Assembly: GCA_965216795.1 (NCBI GenBank)
Contig: OZ244196.1
Location: 2,263,496-2,327,495 of the forward strand
Direction: 5' to 3'
Origin: Pseudomonadales bacterium
GTDB taxonomy: Bacteria > Pseudomonadota > Gammaproteobacteria > Pseudomonadales > UBA7434
Length of the DNA stretch: 64,000 bases
In this document: one piece after another, positions 54,865 to 63,485 of the stretch
How the letters are laid out: each line of letters opens with the position of its first letter
Numbering within the stretch: position 1 is the first letter of the stretch
Translations under genes and position numbers: made by a program
The notes under the pieces: model-generated
What the model was told of the DNA's origin: nothing
Seen by the model: the letters and a program-made list of their open reading frames with translations, nothing else
Databases searched by the model: none

Positions 54865-54908
54865 GATACCCCAATGAGAAATTCGATATACCCCAGAAAT
54901 ATACCCCC
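54865..54908 (+). repeat. three (G/A)ATA(TA)CCCC motifs between integrase and tRNA (candidate arm-type sites)
   Basis: GATACCCC (54865-72), ATATACCCC (54886-94) and ATATACCCCC (54899-908). The last two form a tandem pair nearly identical to 33681-33700. Confidence 0.5.
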
Positions 54909-55021
54909 ATCTAGCGTGGATCTGGAGGTTCGCGAGGGGAAGAAGCGGGACCAATTATACCGCTAACTGCATGTAATTATTATAAAAAAAGGATGTGCTG
55001 GGAACTGTTGGAATTTGCACA

Positions 55022-55097
55022 TGGTGCCCAGGGGCGGAATCGAACCACCGACACGGGGATTTTCAATCCCCTGCTCTACCGACTGAGCTACCTGGGC
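55022..55097 (-). tRNA. tRNA-Phe (anticodon GAA)
   Basis: The reverse complement reads GCCCAGGTAGCTCAGTCGGTAGAGCAGGGGATTGAAAATCCCCGTGTCGGTGGTTCGATTCCGCCCCTGGGCACCA. It is 76 nt with an encoded CCA, an anticodon loop TTGAAAA, and a canonical cloverleaf, and is near-identical to E. coli tRNA-Phe. Confidence 0.95.
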
Positions 55098-55153
55098 GTG
55101 AACCTTGGGCGCGGGGGCCAGGGCGGCCTCCGGGGCGGAAAAAAAGAGCGCGT

Positions 55154-55182
55154 ATTAAACCCGCACGATTAAGCTTAGTCAA
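55154..55182 (-). promoter_or_regulatory. candidate sigma70 promoter for tRNA-Phe
   Basis: On the minus strand: TTGACT - 17 nt - TTTAAT, followed by a GC-rich discriminator (ACGCGC), about 55 nt upstream of the mature tRNA 5' end. Confidence 0.5.
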
Positions 55183-55221
55183 GAAAAAGCCACCAGCCAC
55201 GCGGGTTTGCGGCGAATTGGG

Positions 55222-55494
55222 CTAGTTTTCGGGTGGCACGTAGCCCTCGGCCTGCTCGTAGTCCTCACCGGCCAAAAACTTCTCCATCTGCTCGGTCAAA
55301 AACTGCCTGTCGGCGGCCTCGCGCATATTGAGGTGCTTCTCGTTAATCAGCATGGTCTGGTGCTTCTGCCACTCATCCCAGGCCTGGGCCGACACCTCAT
55401 TAAATATCGCCTCGCCTTTGGGGCCGGGGTAGGGCGGGCGCTCCAGGCCCGGCATGTCCTTCTGGTATTTACGGCAAAAAACAGTCCTACTCAT
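55222..55494 (-). CDS. yggX: oxidative-damage protection / Fe(II)-trafficking protein YggX
   Basis: 90 aa. [57 protein letters not shown] is the YggX signature. It sits in the conserved position downstream of mutY. Confidence 0.9.
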   Translation of the reverse strand: MSRTVFCRKYQKDMPGLERPPYPGPKGEAIFNEVSAQAWDEWQKHQTMLINEKHLNMREAADRQFLTEQMEKFLAGEDYEQAEGYVPPEN

Positions 55495-55501
55495 GGCAAT
55501 C

Positions 55502-56575
55502 TCATTCGGTTACAGCGGTCTCGACCAGCTTGTTCAACAGCTTCTGCACCGGCGCCGCCAGCCCCACCTGGGCAGGCTCAGCCGGGTCATACCACAGCCA
55601 TTGCTCGCCATCGGCCAGCTCGCTGGGCGCCTGGGCCCGACATTCTACGGGCGTGATATCCAGATGAAAATGGCTAAAGGTATGGCGCAGCACCGGCCAG
55701 TTGCCCACCGTTTCAGCCTCAAAACCTTCATTGTTAGTAAGCACTAACTTATCTTCTGGTAGGCCCCACAGGCCACCCCATACACCCGAGGGCGGGCGCT
55801 TCTGCAGCAACACCCGGCCCGCCGGGTCCACCAGCAAAAACATCTCGGTCTCGCGCACGGGTATCTGTTTCTTCGGCTTCTTGCCCGGGTAGGCAGCCTG
55901 GGCCCCCTCGGTCCGCGCCTGGCAGCTGGCGGCCAGCGGGCAGGCCTCACAAGCGGGTTTGCTGCGGGTACACAGCGTCGCCCCCAAATCCATCATCGCC
56001 TGGGTATAGTCGGCAATGCGCTGCGCAGGCAGCAGGCCCTCGGCCACCGCCCACAGCGCTTTGGCGACGGCCGTCTGCCCCGGCCAGCCGGCCACCGCAA
56101 AATGCCTGGCCAGTACCCGCTTTACATTGCCATCCAGTATGACTGCCTGTTTTTTATACGCAATCGCGACGATGGCGCCTGCCGTCGAGCGGCCAATTCC
56201 TGGCAGCTCGCTCAGGGCCTCGACCGTATCGGGGAACACCCCGCCATGCTCATCCACCACCAGCTGGGCACAGTGATGCAGGTTGCGGGCCCGCGAGTAA
56301 TAACCCAGCCCCGACCAGTGGTGCAATACCTCATCATCGCTGGCCGCGGCCAGATCCTGCACGCTCGCAAACGAGTCCATAAAGCGCTCGTAGTAGGGGA
56401 TCACGGTCTTCACCTGGGTCTGCTGCAGCATAATCTCCGACACCCAGACCCGGTAGGGGTTAATGTCCTGCTGCCAGGGCAGGTCTTTGCGGCCGTGCAC
56501 ATCAAACCAGGCCAGTACCTGTTCGGCGAAGTCGGGGGGTAAATTGAGGTGGGTTGGGGGTACAGCGGCGTTCAT
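55502..56575 (-). CDS. mutY: A/G-specific adenine DNA glycosylase MutY
   Basis: 357 aa. [35 protein letters not shown], Hh[16 protein letters not shown], a 4Fe-4S loop [17 protein letters not shown], and a C-terminal NUDIX-like domain. Confidence 0.9.
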   Translation of the reverse strand: MNAAVPPTHLNLPPDFAEQVLAWFDVHGRKDLPWQQDINPYRVWVSEIMLQQTQVKTVIPYYERFMDSFASVQDLAAASDDEVLHHWSGLGYYSRARNLHHCAQLVVDEHGGVFPDTVEALSELPGIGRSTAGAIVAIAYKKQAVILDGNVKRVLARHFAVAGWPGQTAVAKALWAVAEGLLPAQRIADYTQAMMDLGATLCTRSKPACEACPLAASCQARTEGAQAAYPGKKPKKQIPVRETEMFLLVDPAGRVLLQKRPPSGVWGGLWGLPEDKLVLTNNEGFEAETVGNWPVLRHTFSHFHLDITPVECRAQAPSELADGEQWLWYDPAEPAQVGLAAPVQKLLNKLVETAVTE

Positions 56576-56639
56576 GCCGCCATGCTAGCCGATTCTGGCG
56601 AGATGAAAAAACCGATTAATCGGCCGCAGCTAAGGCGGC

Positions 56640-56668
56640 TTGACACTCGCTGCAAGCCTGAATATGAT
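56640..56668 (+). promoter_or_regulatory. near-consensus sigma70 promoter upstream of the VOC gene
   Basis: TTGACA - 17 nt - TATGAT, ending 34 nt before the ATG at 56702. Confidence 0.55.
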
Positions 56669-56680
56669 AGCTGTCATATT
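56661..56680. promoter_or_regulatory. palindromic operator candidate overlapping the -10 element
   Basis: AATATGA-TAGCTG-TCATATT has perfect 7-bp arms with a 6-bp spacer. It has the same ATATGA-N6-TCATAT geometry as the site at 57695-57714. Confidence 0.4.
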
Positions 56681-56701
56681 TAAAAGAATGCAGGTGCCAT
56701 C

Positions 56702-57064
56702 ATGGGTAATCCGGTCGTTCATTTTGAAATTATCTCGGCGCAATCCGGGCAGTCGCAGCAGTTTTATGCCGAGCAGTTCGGCTGGCAGGTGAATGCCGAC
56801 AACCCCATAGGCTATGGCGCGGTCGATACTGGCGCGGGCACTGAGTCGCTGCGCGGCGGCATCGCCAACCCCTATCCTGGCACCAGCGACAGCTACGTCA
56901 CCTTTTATATTGGTGTGGGTGACATAGAGCAGACACTCGAGCAGCTCACCGCAGCGGGTAGCAGTATCGCGATACCCGTTATCGACTTACCCGGTGGTGC
57001 GAAAATGGCGCAGTTCATTGACCCCTTTGGCTCCCGAGTCGGTTTATTGCAATCGCCTGCGTAG
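56702..57064 (+). CDS. VOC/glyoxalase-family protein
   Basis: 120 aa. The opening MGNPVVHFEIISAQSGQSQQFYAEQFGW and C-terminal AQFIDPFGSRVGL are typical of glyoxalase/bleomycin-resistance fold proteins. Confidence 0.75.
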   Translation: MGNPVVHFEIISAQSGQSQQFYAEQFGWQVNADNPIGYGAVDTGAGTESLRGGIANPYPGTSDSYVTFYIGVGDIEQTLEQLTAAGSSIAIPVIDLPGGAKMAQFIDPFGSRVGLLQSPA

Positions 57065-57089
57065 GCAGCAGGGCAGTGGCGTTACTGGG

Positions 57090-57668
57090 TTACTGGCTGC
57101 AGCTATTTAATGCAGCATCGAGCAGTTCACGTTGCAGTTTGTTATCGTCGATGGCGCGGGCAAGGATCAGGGCGCCAACGCAGGTGGCAATACCAGCGAG
57201 TGCTTCGGGTTTTGGGTCGCGGTCGCCAGGTAGCAGGCGCGACCAGGTTTTAACGAACGACTTGAAGGCACGGGTAAAGCCAGCGCGCGCACCTTTGCCG
57301 GCACGGGCAACATCAACAGCGCAGGAGGCCATCGTGCAGGCAGGGCCAATGACTTCGGTCCGTTTGGGGTTTAAATAAGCCTGCAGTGCCTGTGCGAGCG
57401 CCTCGTCGTTGGCAACATTGTTCGCTTGCAGCTGCTCGAGTTGTTTTTCAAACTCGAACTGCTCGGCAACCACGGCTGCGAACAGCGCGTCTTTAGAGTC
57501 GAAGTGGGCATAAAAACCGCCGTGAGTCAGGCCCGCAGCGGTCATGACTTTGGCAACACTTGCATTCTGCGTGCCCGATTTGCGCATCAACGTGCCTGCG
57601 GCAGCAAGAATCTTAGCGCGGGTTTTGTCGATGTGGTCCTGGCTGTAACCCATGGTGGTAATGCCCAA
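57090..57668 (-). CDS. TetR/AcrR family transcriptional regulator
   Basis: 192 aa. N-terminal HTH ILAAAGTLMRKSGTQNASVAKVMTAAGLTHGGFYAHFDSKDALF. Confidence 0.85.
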   Translation of the reverse strand: MGITTMGYSQDHIDKTRAKILAAAGTLMRKSGTQNASVAKVMTAAGLTHGGFYAHFDSKDALFAAVVAEQFEFEKQLEQLQANNVANDEALAQALQAYLNPKRTEVIGPACTMASCAVDVARAGKGARAGFTRAFKSFVKTWSRLLPGDRDPKPEALAGIATCVGALILARAIDDNKLQRELLDAALNSCSQ

Positions 57669-57694
57669 ATTGTTTGGCGGTGGTATCAGGTTTA

Positions 57695-57714
57695 TATATG
57701 TTATCCATCATATA
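57695..57714. promoter_or_regulatory. palindromic operator candidate in the TetR divergent promoter region
   Basis: TATATGT-TATCCA-TCATATA lies 27 nt upstream of the TetR start codon, between divergent genes. It shares 15 of 20 positions with 56661-56680. Confidence 0.4.
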
Positions 57715-57755
57715 TCAGCACGGCGGCAAGGGCTATAGGCTTCTCGCTAAGAACG

Positions 57756-58064
57756 ATGTCGCTGGGAACAGTGTCGCCAAGGACAGTATTGCCAGAGTCG
57801 CCTATGGGTTGGTTAACGCCTTTGTCGCTATGTATTGCCAGCGGGATGCTGTTGTTAGTCTGGCCTTATGTGTTCAATGTCGAAGGCCCCGATCAACTGG
57901 CCTTACTTATTCCTTTGTCGATGGCTGCGGTCGTGCATCTACTTGCCTGGCCGCTGTCGTTGCTCATGTCGCTTCGCCAACAGTCCAGGGTCGGTTTGCT
58001 TACAACGGGTCTCTATGGGGTGGCGGTCATCGCCTGGGCTGTGCTGAGTAGCGTGATTGAATAG
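57756..58064 (+). CDS. small integral membrane protein (hypothetical)
   Basis: Only the 3' third of track ORF 57426-58064 lies outside the antisense TetR gene. From ATG 57756 it encodes about 102 aa with three hydrophobic helices. The start is uncertain. Confidence 0.4.
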   Translation: MSLGTVSPRTVLPESPMGWLTPLSLCIASGMLLLVWPYVFNVEGPDQLALLIPLSMAAVVHLLAWPLSLLMSLRQQSRVGLLTTGLYGVAVIAWAVLSSVIE

Positions 58065-58067
58065 TTT

Positions 58068-58808
58068 ATGAATAACAACATTACCTTACATCGTTTTCCG
58101 TTTTCGAACTTTTGCGAAAAGGTCAACTGGGCTTTCGAGCGCAAGAAAATACCGTATGACGCTGTTGATCACCTGCCGTTCAAGCATATGCGGCCGCTTA
58201 AAAAACTCAGCGGCCAAACGGCCGTGCCGGTGATTGAAACCGGTAGTGGTGAGGTTATTGCGGGTTCTGCAGGCATCATCGATCACCTCGAAATGTTGGT
58301 CCCACACCATGCTTTGTATCCAGGCGACAGAGTACAAAAAACTGAAGCACTGGAATGGCAGGCCAGGCTCGATGCAATGGGTGCTGCTGTACGCGGTGCA
58401 ATGTTCTACGACTATCTGCAAGATCGCTCGTTCTTTCACAAAATGATTACCGATGGTGGCGCCGGCGGGGTCAGCTACAAGCTGATGTTCTATGCGATGT
58501 CGCCTGTGCTCGCATCAATGCTCAAAAAGAAAGAGCCCGACCCTGAGGTGTTCAGAAGCACCATTTTTCAGATGCTTGATGACATCGCTCAGGAAGTCGG
58601 GTCTGGGGGTTATCTTGTTGGCGATCAGTTCTCTGTGGCCGACTTAACGGCCGCGTCACTGCTCTACCCATTGTGTTATCCAAAAGGAACACCGGGGGCA
58701 GCGTTTGCACGCAGTACAGCAACGGGCAGCGATTGGCTGGCGAGATGGGAGGGGCACGAAGCGCTGGGCTATATCGAGTCGATCTATCGCCAGCATCGAC
58801 ACGTTTAG
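58068..58808 (+). CDS. glutathione S-transferase-like protein
   Basis: 246 aa. N-terminal thioredoxin-like GST domain (ITLHRFPFSNFCEKVNWAFERKKIPYDAV...QTAVPVIE) and a C-terminal helical domain with GDQFSVADLTAASLL. Confidence 0.7.
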   Translation: MNNNITLHRFPFSNFCEKVNWAFERKKIPYDAVDHLPFKHMRPLKKLSGQTAVPVIETGSGEVIAGSAGIIDHLEMLVPHHALYPGDRVQKTEALEWQARLDAMGAAVRGAMFYDYLQDRSFFHKMITDGGAGGVSYKLMFYAMSPVLASMLKKKEPDPEVFRSTIFQMLDDIAQEVGSGGYLVGDQFSVADLTAASLLYPLCYPKGTPGAAFARSTATGSDWLARWEGHEALGYIESIYRQHRHV

Positions 58809-58820
58809 AAGAGGTTATCG

Positions 58821-59837
58821 ATGATGTTGCTCCGCTCTCTGCTGGCCTGTCTTATACTTTTCGCGACTGGCATGGTCGGGTTTTCGATTTACCTCACCTC
58901 GCTCAACGCCGACCCTGTTGCAAAGCCAAGCCGCCAGATGTCTGAGGTCTGGGCGGGCTTCCCGTATCGCTCTCACTACGTCGATGTGCTCGGCGACAAA
59001 ATGCATTACATCGATGAAGGCCCGACTGAAGCGCAAACCTTTCTGTTTTTGCACGGTAATCCGACCTCTTCGTATTTGTGGCGTAAGGTTGTGCCTTCTA
59101 TCGTTGCAGCAGGCCACCGCGCTGTTGCGGTAGACAATATTGGTTACGGCGCCTCCGACCGGCCCGATATCGATTTTTCCTTTAACGACCACGTTATCTA
59201 CATCCATCAGTTTATTGAAGAGCTTGAGTTGAACGACGTTGTACTGGTCGTGCACGACTGGGGTTCGGCGTTTGGCTTTGACTATATGAAGCGCCACCCC
59301 GACAGGGTCAAGGGCCTGGTTTTTATGGAGGCTATGCTGAGAGTTCCCAGATCAGAGAATATGTCGGCGCCCATGCGAATGGTATTCGGCGGTTTTCGAA
59401 CCGGGGGTGTTGGTGAGCTAATGATCCTGGGTGCCAACCTGTTTGTAGAACGTGCCCTGCCAATGAATATTATGCGCGAGCTATCTGCCGAGGAGCACGA
59501 TGCCTACCGCGAGCCTTTCCAGAGCTTTGGTTCCAGATTGCCCACGCTGATGGCGCCTCGTGAAGTGCCCCTCGATGGTGAGCCAGAGTGGGTGGTTGAT
59601 CGTTTACATACTTACACGCATTGGCTGGCAGATAGCGAGCACCCGAAGCTGTTGCTTTACGCCGACCCGGGTGCGCTGGTTAGCCAAGAGCTGGCCGCTG
59701 ACATTGCCCTGAACTGGCGCAACATCGAGGCGCAGTTGGTAGGGCCGGCGCTGCACTATATCCAGGAGGATCTTGGCCCCGAAGTGGGCCAAGCCATCGT
59801 CGCCTGGTACGCGCTTAATTTCCCTAAAGAGGAATAA
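58821..59837 (+). CDS. haloalkane dehalogenase-family alpha/beta hydrolase with N-terminal membrane anchor
   Basis: FLFLHGNPTSSYLWRKVVP (halide-stabilising Trp region), nucleophile elbow VVHDWGSAFGF, and a C-terminal HYIQED (catalytic His). The first roughly 30 aa are hydrophobic (MMLLRSLLACLILFATGMVGFSIYL). Confidence 0.8.
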   Translation: MMLLRSLLACLILFATGMVGFSIYLTSLNADPVAKPSRQMSEVWAGFPYRSHYVDVLGDKMHYIDEGPTEAQTFLFLHGNPTSSYLWRKVVPSIVAAGHRAVAVDNIGYGASDRPDIDFSFNDHVIYIHQFIEELELNDVVLVVHDWGSAFGFDYMKRHPDRVKGLVFMEAMLRVPRSENMSAPMRMVFGGFRTGGVGELMILGANLFVERALPMNIMRELSAEEHDAYREPFQSFGSRLPTLMAPREVPLDGEPEWVVDRLHTYTHWLADSEHPKLLLYADPGALVSQELAADIALNWRNIEAQLVGPALHYIQEDLGPEVGQAIVAWYALNFPKEE

Positions 59838-59860
59838 GCGGCGCGAAAAGCCTAACGGGT

Positions 59861-62047
59861 CTAGCGAAACAGGCCGTCGAGGCCGTCTTTTAGCAAATCC
59901 TTCAGCCCATCGCCGACCTTGTCGCCCAGCTTCTCTTCGAGCTTTTCCTGGGCTTTGTTGCGCAGCTCTTCGCGGGCGATGTTGCCCAGCAGCTGGTCGA
60001 AGCGCGAGTTGTCGAGGCCGCAGCTGTTGTCATCGAAGGTGCCCTTGCACTCCAGCGGCCAGCGAATATCGCGGTAGCGCTGGTTAATGGCGCAGCCTGG
60101 GTCAAACTCGCCGCTGTCGCCGGTGATAATCGCATCCATATCAATCGCGATGCGCTCTCCGGGTATATCAAAGGTGCCGCGGCCCTCGAGCAGCATCACG
60201 TTCATCGCCGCACGCAACTGCTCGATGCTGCCGACGCCGTTGTTCCAGTTGATCTTGCCGCGCACGGCGCCCAGCGTGGTTGTGGTTGGCCACAGCGCCT
60301 CGAGTTTTTCATTGCGCACCTTGGCCACGGCCCGGCAGACGGTGTGCTCGATGTTGAGTTCGCGGTACTCGCCATCGAACAGCTCAAAGTGCGAATCGCC
60401 ATTGAGTGTGCTGCGCCAGTCGGCGATGCTGTTGCCGCGCATTGCCAGGTTGGCGTTGACATCGATATAGCCTGCGACCGGCATGTCGATGGCCATGGCC
60501 TGTACCAGCGGTGCGACCTGCAGTTGGCTCAGGCGCTGTTCGATACGAATGCGGCTGGGCGTATCGCTGTCTTTGCCGGCAACGACTTCGCCGCTGACTT
60601 CCAGCTGGCCCCCATAGAGCTGGGCCGACAGCGGCGCCATATTGAGCGTGCCGTTGCGAAGCGCGCCGCGCAGCAGCAGGCGCTGCAGGTCGAGGCCATT
60701 GAAGCGCACGGCGTCGATATCCAGCTGCAGTTTGCCGTTGGCACTGTGCAGCAGGTACAGCGGTAGCGGTTCATCGTCGCTGCCTTTGTCGTCGTCGCTG
60801 CCGCTCGCATCGCTACTGGCCTGCTGCGCCGATGCGGTGGCGTTGCTGTCGGCCGGCAGGTAGCGGTCGAGGTCAATGGTATCAATGGCGAGCTGCACGT
60901 CGATGGCCGGCACGCCGTCTCCCTTCGGCAACGTAGCCGTTAGCGCACCGGTGGCGCGGGTTTTATCGAGCGTCGCGGTCAAGTCTTCCAGGCGCAGTGT
61001 GCTGCTGCCTTTGTCGCTGCTGTTGTTATTGTTGCTGTCGCTGTAGCTGAACGCACTGTTGAGTGCGAGGCTCTGCAGCGCCTCGGGGTCGGCGGTATCA
61101 ATGGCCGACAGGCCCAGCCGGTTCATCTGCTTGCTCAGCCCGTCGATGCTCAGCGTAATATCGCCATCGAGCACAGTGCCGCTGGTGCTGGCGCTGATGT
61201 TCACGACCACGCTGTCAAAGCGGGCATCGGCGCTGAGCTGTTCAAGCAGCAGTTGTTTGGCATCAATGCGGGCGCTGCCGCTGGCGGTATAGTCGAGCGC
61301 ATCCACATCTTTCTGCAGCCTGGCCTTGCCCTCGATGGCAAAGCGGTCGACCGCAAACTGGCCGTCATTGGCGGCATAGCGCAGCGCGGCCTGCAGCTGC
61401 GCGTTGAATGCGCGCCCGCCGCTGTCGGTAAGCCCCAGGTCGGCATCGATGTTAATGGGTTGGCCGTCGAGGTTGACCTGGCTGGCATCGAGCTGGCTCA
61501 CGGCCAACTGCAGCAGGTGGTCGGCGCCCTGGGCGGCATCGCGGTAGTCGATGGTGATGTCACTAAACTGCATGGTCTGCAGTGACAGCTGCAGAGTCGT
61601 ACGGTTATCGCTATCACTGTCAGCGGCTGCCGTATCGGCGGCGGGGGCATCGGTACTGGCATCGCTGCCGGCCAGGCTGATGCGCTCCCAGTTGCCGCGG
61701 CCCTGGGCATCGCGCGCCAGGTTCAGGGCAATGCCGTTGCCGCCAATCGACTCGATCGAGATCGCTCCGCCCAGTGCGGCCATCAGGTCGACCTTGAGGT
61801 CGAAGGCCTCAATTGTGGCCAGCGGCTCGCCCTCGAGCGCCAGCGCGGTCTGGCCCAGCTGCAGGCCAAAGGGCCACCACTGCCAGTTGAGCTCGCCGGC
61901 AATGCGCAGCTCGAGGTTGCTGTTATCGGCGACCAGCGCCTCGATGCGGGGTTTGAGCTGCTCGCCATCGAGCTGGCTAATCGCCACAACGACCAGCCCG
62001 GCCAGCAATAGCGGGATTAATAACAGCAATAACAGAATCTTGCGCAT
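59861..62047 (-). CDS. AsmA-family outer-membrane biogenesis/lipid-transport protein
   Basis: About 728 aa from ATG 62047 with an N-terminal anchor MRKILLLLLLIPLLLAGLVVVAI. Repetitive beta-rich sequence follows. A conserved AsmA C-terminal region (LNMAPLSAQLYGGQLEVSGEV...) precedes the charged tail. Confidence 0.75.
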   Translation of the reverse strand: MRKILLLLLLIPLLLAGLVVVAISQLDGEQLKPRIEALVADNSNLELRIAGELNWQWWPFGLQLGQTALALEGEPLATIEAFDLKVDLMAALGGAISIESIGGNGIALNLARDAQGRGNWERISLAGSDASTDAPAADTAAADSDSDNRTTLQLSLQTMQFSDITIDYRDAAQGADHLLQLAVSQLDASQVNLDGQPINIDADLGLTDSGGRAFNAQLQAALRYAANDGQFAVDRFAIEGKARLQKDVDALDYTASGSARIDAKQLLLEQLSADARFDSVVVNISASTSGTVLDGDITLSIDGLSKQMNRLGLSAIDTADPEALQSLALNSAFSYSDSNNNNSSDKGSSTLRLEDLTATLDKTRATGALTATLPKGDGVPAIDVQLAIDTIDLDRYLPADSNATASAQQASSDASGSDDDKGSDDEPLPLYLLHSANGKLQLDIDAVRFNGLDLQRLLLRGALRNGTLNMAPLSAQLYGGQLEVSGEVVAGKDSDTPSRIRIEQRLSQLQVAPLVQAMAIDMPVAGYIDVNANLAMRGNSIADWRSTLNGDSHFELFDGEYRELNIEHTVCRAVAKVRNEKLEALWPTTTTLGAVRGKINWNNGVGSIEQLRAAMNVMLLEGRGTFDIPGERIAIDMDAIITGDSGEFDPGCAINQRYRDIRWPLECKGTFDDNSCGLDNSRFDQLLGNIAREELRNKAQEKLEEKLGDKVGDGLKDLLKDGLDGLFR

Positions 62048-62185
62048 CGTGGCCTGGCTCGTGCAAATACCGGGGTTGTCAGGGTTCGACAGCCACTCTG
62101 CGACCAAGTGCCATAAGCATGCAATGGCCTATTCACACTTGGTTACTTTTTCTATAATGCGCGTTTTCCCCGCATGGACCGATCC

Positions 62186-62785
62186 ATGAGCAAGCCCGCC
62201 CGCAAGGCCACCGTTTCTCGCGATACGCTCGAGACGCAAATTACCGTCGAGCTCAACCTCGACGGCACTGGCGAGAGCCAGTTCGATACCGGCATTCCCT
62301 TCCTCGAGCACATGCTCGAGCAGATTGCCCGGCACGGCCTGATCGACCTGGACATCAAGGCCAAGGGTGACCTGCACATCGACGATCACCACACGGTTGA
62401 AGATCTCGGCATCACGATGGGCCAGGCGCTGGTCAAAGCTGTGGGCGACAAAAAGGGCCTGCGCCGCTATGGCCACGCCTACGTGCCGCTCGATGAGGCG
62501 CTCTCGCGGGTTGTGCTCGACCTGTCAGGTAGGCCGGGGCTTGAGTTCAATGTGCCCTTTGTGCGCTCGAGTGTTGGCAACTTCGATGTCGATCTGTTCC
62601 ACGAGTTTTTCCAGGGCTTTACCAACCACGCGCTGGTGACGCTGCACGTCGATTGCCTGCGTGGCGAAAACGCCCACCACCAGATCGAAACCGTGTTCAA
62701 GGCCTTTGGCCGCGCGCTGCGTATGGCGCTCGAATACGATGAGCGCATGGGTGATGTCATGCCCTCCACCAAGGGCACGCTTTAG
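62186..62785 (+). CDS. hisB: imidazoleglycerol-phosphate dehydratase
   Basis: [18 protein letters not shown]...[17 protein letters not shown]...[11 protein letters not shown]...[15 protein letters not shown] are canonical IGPD motifs. Start chosen at the second Met. Confidence 0.9.
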   Translation: MSKPARKATVSRDTLETQITVELNLDGTGESQFDTGIPFLEHMLEQIARHGLIDLDIKAKGDLHIDDHHTVEDLGITMGQALVKAVGDKKGLRRYGHAYVPLDEALSRVVLDLSGRPGLEFNVPFVRSSVGNFDVDLFHEFFQGFTNHALVTLHVDCLRGENAHHQIETVFKAFGRALRMALEYDERMGDVMPSTKGTL

Positions 62786-62825
62786 CTCGTCTACGTGTCA
62801 GTTCGTTTAGGCCAGGCAGTTCGCA

Positions 62826-63476
62826 GTGAGTAAATCCGTCGACGTCGCCGTCATCGATTACGGCATGGGTAATTTGCACTCCGTGGCAAAGGCCCTGCAG
62901 CACGTGGCGCCCGGCGCGAATGTCTGGGTGGGCGATGACCCACAAACCATTTTGTCGGCAAGCCGGGTGGTCTACCCCGGTGTCGGTGCGATCCGCGACT
63001 GTATTGGTGAGGTGCGAGCGCGTGGCCTCGATGAGGTCATCGTCGAAGCGGCGGCCAGCAAACCCCTGTTGGGCATTTGCGTGGGCATGCAGGGCCTGAT
63101 GCAGCACTCGGTCGAAAACGACGGTGTCGATTGCCTGGGCGTGTTCGATGGCCGGGTTGAATTTTTTGGCGATGCCTTTGCCGCCAACCCGCCGGCCGAA
63201 CGCCTCAAGGTGCCGCACATGGGCTGGAACGAAGTCGTACAGCAATGCGATCACCCGCTGTGGCAGGGTATTGAATCGGGCGCGCGCTTTTACTTTGTGC
63301 ACAGCTACTATGTGCCGGCTGCCGGGCGCAGCGATGTGATCGGCGCCACGCAATACGGCGTTGAACTGGCGGCGATGCTGGCGCGCGATAATATCGCCGC
63401 GGTGCAGTTCCACCCCGAAAAGAGCCACCGCGACGGCTTGCAGCTGCTGCAGAACTTTATGCAGTGGAATGTTTAG
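62826..63476 (+). CDS. hisH: imidazole glycerol phosphate synthase, glutamine amidotransferase subunit
   Basis: [18 protein letters not shown], nucleophile elbow LGICVGMQ, and C-terminal [11 protein letters not shown] start. Confidence 0.9.
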   Translation: MSKSVDVAVIDYGMGNLHSVAKALQHVAPGANVWVGDDPQTILSASRVVYPGVGAIRDCIGEVRARGLDEVIVEAAASKPLLGICVGMQGLMQHSVENDGVDCLGVFDGRVEFFGDAFAANPPAERLKVPHMGWNEVVQQCDHPLWQGIESGARFYFVHSYYVPAAGRSDVIGATQYGVELAAMLARDNIAAVQFHPEKSHRDGLQLLQNFMQWNV

Positions 63477-63485
63477 GGTTTTGTG

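Larger units (their letters stand above)
30795..55046. mobile_element. tRNA-Phe-associated composite genomic island (about 24 kb)
   Basis: Base composition switches abruptly to AT-richer exactly at 30.8 kb and back at the tRNA. A P4-type integrase (53620-54828) abuts the tRNA 3' end. Copies of the tRNA 3' terminus occur at 30795-30807 and 33533-33543. There is a second recombinase inside, and all cargo is accessory. Confidence 0.8.

Noticed and set aside
54995-55225. 76-aa ORF overlapping the tRNA-Phe gene.
   Set aside because: It is read straight across a canonical tRNA and its promoter region, so it is spurious.
57426-57755. 5' two-thirds of track ORF 57426-58064 (+).
   Set aside because: It is antisense to the well-supported TetR gene, and its translation is low-complexity. 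Only the part downstream of 57756 was kept, with low confidence.
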